A stretch of DNA of 32,000 nucleotides from NCBI RefSeq assembly GCF_001306055.1, contig NZ_LGHJ01000019.1, positions 90,001 to 122,000 on the forward strand, given 5' to 3'. Shown here one piece after another: positions 12,075-19,822 of this stretch. The translations under genes were made by a program, and so were the position numbers. Origin of the DNA: Bellilinea caldifistulae (GTDB taxonomy: Bacteria; Chloroflexota; Anaerolineae; Anaerolineales; Anaerolineaceae). Every line of letters begins with the position of its first letter. Within the stretch, counting starts at the first letter, position 1. The notes below the pieces were generated by a model that worked only from the letters and a program-made list of their open reading frames with translations, had not been told where the DNA came from and did not search any database.

Positions 12075-13856
12075 ATGAAATACTATCGCTCACATGTTTT
12101 AGTCTGTGTAGACCCGGAATGTCTTCAGAAAGGCGCCCATGAGTTGGTGGATGCCTTGCAGGATGAACTGGTCGCTACCGGCCTGATTGATGAAGTGCAG
12201 GTGCTGGAAACATCCCGCATTGGTGGATGCAGTTTAGGCCCGGAGATGATGGTGTATCCTGAGGGTGTCCATTATGTTGGAGTCACACCCGATGATGTGC
12301 CCTATCTGGTGGAAGAACACTTTCTAAAAGGGCGGGTTGTCAATAAATTCCAGATGCCCACCACCAAAGTTGTAGATGAAGAGCTTGGCGCCCCAACCCA
12401 AAAAGAAGTCCGCATTGTTCTGCGCAATTGCGGAAAAATCGACCCGGAGAATATCGAGGACTACATTGCCGAAGACGGTTATCAGGCGCTTGCCAAAGTC
12501 CTCACCGAAATGACCCCCGAAGAAGTCATTGATACCGTCCTCAAATCCGGTCTGCGCGGCCGCGGTGGGGCCGGTTTTCCGACCGGTAAAAAGTGGCAAT
12601 TTACCCGTCAGGCACCGGGGGATATCAAATATGTGGTGTGCAACGCCGACGAAGGTGACCCTGGCGCTTTCATGAACCGCCGTGTACTCGAAGGTGACCC
12701 TCATTCGGTAATTGAGGGAATGATCATTGCTGCCTACGCAATCGGCGCTCATCAAGGGTATATCTACTGCCGTGCCGAGTATCCGGTTGCGGTATCCACC
12801 CTGAACATTGCCATCCAGCAAGCCCGCAATTTGGGTTTGTTAGGAAAAGATATCCTGGGCAGCGGTTTCGATTTTGACCTTGAAGTACGCATGGGCGCCG
12901 GTGCGTTTGTGTGCGGTGAGGAAACCGCCTTGATCGCCTCCATTGAAGGCCGTCGCGGTGAACCTCGTCCGCGTCCACCTTTCCCGGCTGTACAGGGCTT
13001 GTGGAACAAACCGACCAACGTCAACAACGTTGAAACCTACGCCAACATTCCGCAAATCATTCTTAAGGGCGCGGAATGGTACGCCAGTTACGGCACCGAA
13101 AAAAGCAAAGGCACCAAAACCTTTGCACTGGCCGGTGATCTGAATCACACTGGCCTGATCGAAGTGCCTTTGGGAATCACCCTTCGCGAGATCATTTATG
13201 ATGTTGGCGGCGGCATCAAAGATGGAAAAGCCTTCAAAGCCGTCCAGATTGGCGGGCCGATGGGTGGCTGTGTCCCGGCCGAGTATCTCGATCTTCCGCT
13301 CGATTACGAATCACTTGCTCAGGCTGGCACCATTATGGGCTCCGGCGGTATGATCGTTTTGGATGAAGATACCTGCATGGTAGATGTCGCCCGCTACTTT
13401 ATGGATTTTACCCAAGATGAAAGCTGCGGAAAATGTACTCCCTGCCGGGTTGGTACACGCCGCATTCTGGAAATCCTCACCCGAATTTGCGACGGCAAAG
13501 GGCAGGATGGTGACATCGAATTACTCGAAAATCTTTGTCAGGAAATTCGTACCAACAGCCTGTGTGGATTGGGTCAAGGGGCACCCAACCCGGTAGTCAG
13601 CACTCTGCGCTATTTCCGTGACGAGTACGAAGCCCACATTTACGAAAAACGCTGCCCGGCCAAAGTCTGCCGCGCTTTGATCCGCTATGAAATTCTGCCC
13701 GATGCTTGCACGGGTTGTACGGTTTGCGCCCGCAACTGCCCGGTTAACGCCATCAGCGGTGAGCGCCGCCAGACGCATGTTATTGACCCGGATACCTGCA
13801 TCCGCTGCGGTATTTGTATGCAAGTTTGTAACTTCAACGCAGTGGTCATCGAATAA
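12075..13856 (+). CDS. Long NuoF/HydB-type flavoprotein: N-terminal thioredoxin-like domain, FMN/NAD(H) core, [4Fe-4S] site, and a C-terminal 2x[4Fe-4S] ferredoxin domain
   Basis: Motifs GRGGAGFPTGKKW, CNADEGDPGAF, ESCGKCTPCRVG and NSLCGLG. The C-terminus carries CTGCTVCARNCP and CIRCGICMQVC. The start could be ATG 12075 or TTG 12066. Confidence 0.85.
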   Translation: MKYYRSHVLVCVDPECLQKGAHELVDALQDELVATGLIDEVQVLETSRIGGCSLGPEMMVYPEGVHYVGVTPDDVPYLVEEHFLKGRVVNKFQMPTTKVVDEELGAPTQKEVRIVLRNCGKIDPENIEDYIAEDGYQALAKVLTEMTPEEVIDTVLKSGLRGRGGAGFPTGKKWQFTRQAPGDIKYVVCNADEGDPGAFMNRRVLEGDPHSVIEGMIIAAYAIGAHQGYIYCRAEYPVAVSTLNIAIQQARNLGLLGKDILGSGFDFDLEVRMGAGAFVCGEETALIASIEGRRGEPRPRPPFPAVQGLWNKPTNVNNVETYANIPQIILKGAEWYASYGTEKSKGTKTFALAGDLNHTGLIEVPLGITLREIIYDVGGGIKDGKAFKAVQIGGPMGGCVPAEYLDLPLDYESLAQAGTIMGSGGMIVLDEDTCMVDVARYFMDFTQDESCGKCTPCRVGTRRILEILTRICDGKGQDGDIELLENLCQEIRTNSLCGLGQGAPNPVVSTLRYFRDEYEAHIYEKRCPAKVCRALIRYEILPDACTGCTVCARNCPVNAISGERRQTHVIDPDTCIRCGICMQVCNFNAVVIE

Positions 13857-13904
13857 CCCAGTCCGTCACACTGATCGTCCGAATCAGACCAAAGGAGGAA
13901 AAGT

Positions 13905-14384
13905 ATGAGCGTTGAAACCAAAAGCAGCGAAAAGATACTCGAAGCGGTCAATGCTGCCATCGAAAAGTTCGGTGCAAAGCAAGAGGAATTGATTCCCATC
14001 CTGAACGAGGTAAACCGCCAATTGGGCTACATCCCAACCGAGGCGATGGAAGAAATCAGCCGCCGCTTGAAAGAACCCAAGAGCAGTTTATTTGGGGTAG
14101 CCAGTTTCTACCACATGCTCTCCACCAAACCGCGCGGGCGACACGTTATCCAATTCTGCGAAAGTGCACCTTGCCATGTGGTCGGCGGACGAGAGGTATT
14201 CGAAGCCCTGAAAGAAGAACTGGGTCTGGAGCCCAATGAAACCTCTCCGGACGGAAAATGGACGCTGATCACCACCAGCTGTCTGGGAGTTTGCTCGGTC
14301 GGACCGGTGATTGTGATTGACGAAGACATCTACGGTAATGTGGATGCCCGAAAGGTCCCGGAAATTTTAGCGCGGTATGAGTGA
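13905..14384 (+). CDS. NuoE/HoxE/FdsG-like [2Fe-2S] diaphorase subunit (copy 2)
   Basis: Motifs CESAPC and CLGVCSVGP. The SD AAAGGAGG precedes the ATG. Confidence 0.85.
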   Translation: MSVETKSSEKILEAVNAAIEKFGAKQEELIPILNEVNRQLGYIPTEAMEEISRRLKEPKSSLFGVASFYHMLSTKPRGRHVIQFCESAPCHVVGGREVFEALKEELGLEPNETSPDGKWTLITTSCLGVCSVGPVIVIDEDIYGNVDARKVPEILARYE

Positions 14385-14396
14385 AGGAGGTGCCCG

Positions 14397-16037
14397 ATGA
14401 AAATGACTCGTTCAATGGTACTGGTCTCCAGTGATCCTATCAGCATGCAGCTCGGAGCGCAGGAAGTCTTTCAGGCATTACAGGACCAAATCAAAGCCTT
14501 CGGCCTGGAGGATGAAATCTCTTTAACCATGATTGGTGATGTAGGCCGCCATGATGCCCTTCCGCTGGTCATCGTTTATCCGGAAGCGGTCATCTATGGG
14601 CCGGTTACACCGGATAAAGTCCCTTATCTGGTTGAGGAACACCTTTACAAAGGGCGGATTGCCGAAGAACTGGTTGCCTCGGTTCGCGAATTGAGCGGCA
14701 GAATTGCGTGGTTGCATGCCCGCAAAGGCACCTTACCCGCCGAACAGAGGATTGTCCTCCGGCGGGCCGGCATCATTGACCCGACCAGTATCGAGGACTA
14801 CATCCTCAACGATGGTTACATAGCGCTTGGGAAAGTCCTCACCAGCATGACTCCGGAAGAGGTCATTGAGGAGGTTAAAAAATCCGGTCTGCGCGGGCGG
14901 GGAGGTGCTGGCTTTCCAACCGGCACCAAATGGGGGTTCGTCGCCCGCGAGAAATCCGACAAAAAGTACATCATCTGCAATGCCGATGAGTCCGAACCCG
15001 GCACATTCAAAGATCGCCTGATTTTGGAAGGAGACCCCCACAGCATGATCGAGGCGATGGCCATTGCCGGTTATGCGGTTGGCGCAGATGAAGGCTACAT
15101 TTACGTACGCGGCGAATACCTGCTGGCTCAGGAACGCCTCAAAAAAGCCATCAAGGATGCCCATGAGATGGGCTTTCTGGGAAAGAATATCTTCGGCACC
15201 GATTTCAATTTTGAAATTCACATCCACGCGGGGGCTGGAGCATACATCTGCGGTGAAGAAACCGCACTGATCGAATCCATTGAAGGTAAACGCGGACAAC
15301 CCCGCTCACGTCCGCCCTATCCGACAACCTTTGGTTTGTGGGGTAAACCCACCGTGATTAATAACGTCGAAACGCTGGCTAACATTCCCCCCATCATCAA
15401 CAACGGTGCAGATTGGTATCGCAGTTTCGGCACACCCAGCAGCCCCGGCACCAAAGTGTATACCATCCTGGGAAATGTGAACGTCACCGGTTTAATCGAA
15501 GTTCCCATGGGCATCACCCTCAGAGAAGTCATCGCCATTTACGCCAAGGGCATGAAAAATGGCTCCAACTTCAAACTGGCGCAGACCGGTGGCTCAAGCG
15601 GCTCGATCATTCCCGCATCGCTGCAGGACACCCCAATGGACTTCGACTCCTACGCCAAAGCCGGTGTTTCGCTGGGTTCGGGTGCTTTGTTGATCTGCAA
15701 CGAAGATACCTGCGTGGTAGATCTGGCAAAAGTGCTGTTGAATTTCTTCCGGGTTGAATCCTGCGGAAAATGCAACCCCTGCCGAATCGGTACTCAAAGA
15801 GCCTGGGAAATGCTGGATAAAATCTCGAAAGGTCAGGCTTCCCTGAGCGACCTCGACAAATTGGCAGAACTTTCCGAAAATCTGTACATGTTATCCAACT
15901 GCGGTTTAGGGCAAACCGCCGGCACCCCCTTGCGCGATATTTTGAATTACTTCCGCGCCGAAGTGGAGGCTCATATCCGCCTGAAGATTTGCCCCGCCGG
16001 AGTTTGCAAAATGGAGGAGATGATCCCCCAACCCTGA
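14397..16037 (+). CDS. Short NuoF/HoxF/FdsB-type flavoprotein: cysteine-free N-terminal thioredoxin-like domain and no C-terminal ferredoxin domain
   Basis: Motifs GRGGAGFPTGTKW, CNADESEPGTF, ESCGKCNPCRIG and SNCGLGQ. The N-terminal roughly 100 aa align with copy 1 (VPYLVEEH..KGR) but contain no Cys. Confidence 0.85.
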   Translation: MKMTRSMVLVSSDPISMQLGAQEVFQALQDQIKAFGLEDEISLTMIGDVGRHDALPLVIVYPEAVIYGPVTPDKVPYLVEEHLYKGRIAEELVASVRELSGRIAWLHARKGTLPAEQRIVLRRAGIIDPTSIEDYILNDGYIALGKVLTSMTPEEVIEEVKKSGLRGRGGAGFPTGTKWGFVAREKSDKKYIICNADESEPGTFKDRLILEGDPHSMIEAMAIAGYAVGADEGYIYVRGEYLLAQERLKKAIKDAHEMGFLGKNIFGTDFNFEIHIHAGAGAYICGEETALIESIEGKRGQPRSRPPYPTTFGLWGKPTVINNVETLANIPPIINNGADWYRSFGTPSSPGTKVYTILGNVNVTGLIEVPMGITLREVIAIYAKGMKNGSNFKLAQTGGSSGSIIPASLQDTPMDFDSYAKAGVSLGSGALLICNEDTCVVDLAKVLLNFFRVESCGKCNPCRIGTQRAWEMLDKISKGQASLSDLDKLAELSENLYMLSNCGLGQTAGTPLRDILNYFRAEVEAHIRLKICPAGVCKMEEMIPQP

Positions 16038-16064
16038 ATCTTACTTGTTTGGAGATTTGATATC

Positions 16065-16943
16065 ATGGCCGTAGAAAACAACGTAATTTCCATTGACGCT
16101 CTTATGCCTGCCGAAATGGCCCAGAAAGCAGAAGCCATTGGCGTGAAAAAAGCCAATCTGGCTTTCTGGCCCCTGTTTGCTTTATCCATCCTGGCCGGCG
16201 CATTTATCGGATTAGGTGCAATTTTTGCCACCACGGTCAGCGCTGGTTCAGCAGCCTTGCCCTATGGGGTTGCCCGTTTGTTGACCGGTCTGGTGTTTAC
16301 GCTTGGCCTTATTCTGGTCATTGTCGGTGGTGCGGAGCTGTTCACCGGCAACAACCTGATCATCATGGCTTTCACCAATGGCAAAGTCACCCTAAAAGGG
16401 CTTATACGCAACTGGGTGATCGTCTATTTCGGTAATTTTGTTGGTTCGGTTGCCACGGCCGTACTCATGTTTTTCACCCGCCAATACACTTTTGGAAACG
16501 GTTCGATTGGCTTGGCTGCGCTGAATATCGCCAATAGCAAGGTCAACCTTGAATTTGTGCAGGCCATTGCCCTCGGTATTATGTGCAATGCGATGGTCTG
16601 TATGGCAGTTTGGCTGTGTTACTCGGCGCGTTCCACCACGGATAAAATCCTTGCCATCATTCCGCCCATCAGCGGCTTTGTGGCATGTGGTTTTGAACAC
16701 TCGATTGCCAATATGTACTTTATCCCGTTGGGATTGTTCATCAAGCAATTCGCCCCGGCTTCTTTTTGGGAATCGAAAGCCCTGGTGGATGCCGGCGTAA
16801 CCATCGAAAAATTTACCAATCTAACCTGGCAGGGTTTTTTCGTCAACAATCTCTTGCCGGTCACCATCGGTAACATCATTGGCGGGGCAGTACTGGTTGG
16901 ACTGGTCTACTGGTTCATTTTTCTGAAAAAATGGAGTAAGTAA
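16065..16943 (+). CDS. focA: Formate/nitrite transporter family channel
   Basis: FNT signatures LGLILVIVGGAELFTGN and CGFEHSIANMYF. About six hydrophobic helices. Confidence 0.85.
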   Translation: MAVENNVISIDALMPAEMAQKAEAIGVKKANLAFWPLFALSILAGAFIGLGAIFATTVSAGSAALPYGVARLLTGLVFTLGLILVIVGGAELFTGNNLIIMAFTNGKVTLKGLIRNWVIVYFGNFVGSVATAVLMFFTRQYTFGNGSIGLAALNIANSKVNLEFVQAIALGIMCNAMVCMAVWLCYSARSTTDKILAIIPPISGFVACGFEHSIANMYFIPLGLFIKQFAPASFWESKALVDAGVTIEKFTNLTWQGFFVNNLLPVTIGNIIGGAVLVGLVYWFIFLKKWSK

Positions 16944-16973
16944 GCCACTTAAGCCTTGGAAGGACTGGAGATT

Positions 16974-19739
16974 ATGGTTCAAATCAAAATTAATGGCATA
17001 GAATTGGATGTTCCAAAGGGAACAACCGTTTTAGAGGCTGCCGAAAAAGCGGGGATTACCATCCCAACCCTTTGCTATCATAAAGACCTGTCTCCCTATG
17101 GGGGCTGCCGTCTGTGCATTGTTGAACTCAAGGGCGGACGAGTGCCGATGACCTCTTGTACCCTGCCGGTAGAAAACGGCATGGAAGTGCAAACCGAAAC
17201 GGAAAGCCTGCGAAAATCTCGCCGCACCATTCTGGAACTGCTCCTCTCCACCTACTACGATTCCGGTTACGCCCAAAAAGACGAACACCCGAACGAATTG
17301 GAATACTGGGCAACCGCCTACGGTTTGGACATGAAAGCCTTCATGGCTGAAAAACCCCGCTATGAGGTCAACAGCGATCCCAATCCATTCGTTTGGGTTG
17401 ATTTAAATAAATGTATTCTGTGCGGCCGTTGCGTCCGCGCCTGCGCGGAGGTTCAGGGACGCTTTGTCTGGGGGCTTTCCGAACGTGGTTATGAGGCCCG
17501 CATCGTAGCCGGCCTGGACGAACCCATGCTGGAAGCGCGTTGTGAATCGTGCGGCGCATGTGTGGCTTACTGCCCCACGGGCGCGCTGGATAACAAGATG
17601 TCGGTTGGACTCGGCGCGCCGGATAAGGTTGTACGCACCACCTGTTCTTACTGCGGGGTTGGCTGTCAGTTTGACTTGAATGTTAAGGATGGCAAAATTA
17701 TCCGTGTGACCTCGACGCCGGATGCGCCGGTCAACGGTATGCGATTGTGCGTCAAGGGCCGCTATGGCTATGATTATGTTCATCATCCAGACCGCTTGAC
17801 CCAGCCCATGGTGCGAGAGTACCTGCTGAAAGGCGAACCTCGCAAAGACAAGAAGAACCGCGGTGAATGGGTCAAGGTGGATTGGGATACCGCCCTGAAC
17901 ATTGTGGCCGGTAAGCTCAATCAAATCCGCACTGAAAGCGGCGCTGACAGCATTGGGGTGTTGAGTTCGGCCAAATGCACCAATGAAGAAAACTACTTGA
18001 TGAATAAGTTTGCGCGGCAGGTACTGGGCACCAACAATATTGACCATTGCGCCCGTCTCTGCCACGCCAGTACCGTAGCCGGTTTGGCGATTTCCTACGG
18101 TTCTGGGGCCATGTCCAACACTATGCAGGATATTGTTGAAAATGCTCAGGCGATTTTCGTCACCGGCTCGAATACCACCGAACAGCACCCGGTCTTCGGT
18201 ACAATGATTCGGCAGGCGGTACTGAAACGCGGCGTCAAATTGATTGTGGCTGACCCCCGCCGGATTGATCTGGTGGACTTTGCCACCCTTCACCTGCAAC
18301 AAAGACCCGGTACCGACATCGCCCTGCTCAACGGCTTGATGAACATTATCCTCCAAAAAGGCTGGGCGGATGAACAATTCATTGCCGAGCGCACCGAAGG
18401 ATTTGACGAATTCAAAGCCAACCTGCAAAATTACCCGCCGGAAAAAGTTTCTGAAATTACCGGCGTCCCTCTCGAGCAGTTGTATCAGGCTGCCGAGATC
18501 ATGGGAACCTGCAAACCCATGGCCGTTTTCTGGGCAATGGGCATCACTCAGCACATTGTCGGCGTTCAGAATGTCCTAACCCTGGCCAATTTGCAGATGC
18601 TGTTGGGTAACATGGGTGTGCCGGGCGGCGGCGTGAACCCACTGCGCGGTCAGAATAATGTACAGGGCGCCTGCGATATGGGCGGGCTGCCAAATGTGTA
18701 TCCGGGCTATCAACCGGTCGCCTCCGATGCTGCCCGCGGAAAGTTTGAAACCGCTTGGGGCGTATCTCTTTCTCCCAAACCCGGCATGACCGTTACCGAA
18801 ATGATCCCTGCAGATGGAGAAGGTAAAATCCGAGCGCTTTACATCCTCGGCGAAAATCCGGTCATGACCGATCCGGACGTCAATCACGTCCGCCATTGTT
18901 TGGAAGAACTGGAATTCCTGGTTTTGCAGGAAATCTTCCCTTCCGAAACTTCGGCATACGCCGATGTGCTGCTGCCCGGTGTAACCTTCGCTGAAAAAGA
19001 AGGCACTTTTACGAATACCGAACGGCGGATTCAGCGCGTCCGTAAAGCCGTTGAGCCGGTTGGTCAATCCCGCCCCGATTGGGAGATCATCAGCGACCTG
19101 GCGCGGCGGATGATCGCCGTCAGCAACCGTAAACCCGCTGAAGCCCCACAATCCGGGTGGAATTACGGCTCACCTGCCGAGATCATGGATGAAGTTGCCA
19201 GCATCACACCATCCTACGCCGGCGTCAGCTATGAACGTCTGGATCGTGGTGAAAATCTTCACTGGCCAGTCAAGGGATACGATCACCCCGGCACGCCAAT
19301 TTTGCATATTGGTCAATTTACCCGTGGTAAAGGCCTCTTTTCACCCACCACTGATGTGCCGCCTGCCGAAAAGCCGGATGCCGAATTCCCAATGCTGATG
19401 AACACCGGGCGTGTTCTGTATCACTGGCACGGCGGCGAAATGACCCGTCGCGCCAAAGGGCTGATGGAGGTTTATCCCAAACCACTCATCGAATTGAACC
19501 CCGAAGATGCCTTGCGGATTGGTATTAACGGCAATCGAATGGTCAAAATCACCTCACGGCGTGGCAGCATTGTTTCAGAAGCCTGGGTAACCAATCGTGT
19601 TCCTGAAGGTATGGTTTACGCCAATTTTCACTTCCCGGAATCCAATGCCAACGAGTTGACCATCGCCGCGCTCGATCCAATTGCAAAAATCCCGGAATTC
19701 AAGATCACAGCTGTAAAGGTAGAATTAGCGGATGAATAA
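16974..19739 (+). CDS. fdhA: Formate dehydrogenase alpha subunit, Cys type: N-terminal [2Fe-2S] plus 2x[4Fe-4S] module fused to a bis-MGD catalytic domain
   Basis: Motifs CYHKDLSPYGGCRLC, CILCGRCVRAC, CESCGACVAYCP and CSYCGVGC. Active-site HCARLCHAS (Cys-His, no in-frame TGA). LRGQNNVQGACDMG carries the catalytic Arg context. Start moved to ATG 16974. Confidence 0.85.
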   Translation: MVQIKINGIELDVPKGTTVLEAAEKAGITIPTLCYHKDLSPYGGCRLCIVELKGGRVPMTSCTLPVENGMEVQTETESLRKSRRTILELLLSTYYDSGYAQKDEHPNELEYWATAYGLDMKAFMAEKPRYEVNSDPNPFVWVDLNKCILCGRCVRACAEVQGRFVWGLSERGYEARIVAGLDEPMLEARCESCGACVAYCPTGALDNKMSVGLGAPDKVVRTTCSYCGVGCQFDLNVKDGKIIRVTSTPDAPVNGMRLCVKGRYGYDYVHHPDRLTQPMVREYLLKGEPRKDKKNRGEWVKVDWDTALNIVAGKLNQIRTESGADSIGVLSSAKCTNEENYLMNKFARQVLGTNNIDHCARLCHASTVAGLAISYGSGAMSNTMQDIVENAQAIFVTGSNTTEQHPVFGTMIRQAVLKRGVKLIVADPRRIDLVDFATLHLQQRPGTDIALLNGLMNIILQKGWADEQFIAERTEGFDEFKANLQNYPPEKVSEITGVPLEQLYQAAEIMGTCKPMAVFWAMGITQHIVGVQNVLTLANLQMLLGNMGVPGGGVNPLRGQNNVQGACDMGGLPNVYPGYQPVASDAARGKFETAWGVSLSPKPGMTVTEMIPADGEGKIRALYILGENPVMTDPDVNHVRHCLEELEFLVLQEIFPSETSAYADVLLPGVTFAEKEGTFTNTERRIQRVRKAVEPVGQSRPDWEIISDLARRMIAVSNRKPAEAPQSGWNYGSPAEIMDEVASITPSYAGVSYERLDRGENLHWPVKGYDHPGTPILHIGQFTRGKGLFSPTTDVPPAEKPDAEFPMLMNTGRVLYHWHGGEMTRRAKGLMEVYPKPLIELNPEDALRIGINGNRMVKITSRRGSIVSEAWVTNRVPEGMVYANFHFPESNANELTIAALDPIAKIPEFKITAVKVELADE

Positions 19740-19822
19740 GCTATGAGAATGTGTGGTTTAACGGTAGCGGTATTTACAAGCAAAGAACCATTCATAAATC
19801 ATTGAGAAGGAGAGTGTCTGGA

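Noticed and set aside
17900-18110. A selenocysteine (in-frame TGA plus SECIS) in the formate dehydrogenase
   Set aside because: The reading frame is uninterrupted and the active-site position is encoded as Cys (HCARLCHAS). There is no in-frame TGA, so this is a Cys-type enzyme.
17403-18554. A long antisense ORF (383 aa) inside fdhA. Similar antisense or off-frame ORFs occur inside nuoF1 (12324-12821), nuoF2 (14733-15299), the nuoG-like gene (20810-21403), fdhA (18576-19151) and hypF (26168-26803 and 26389-26910).
   Set aside because: These are shadow ORFs of strongly conserved, motif-rich genes on the other strand or frame. Their translations are low-complexity (rich in G, R and A) and have no start-site signals.
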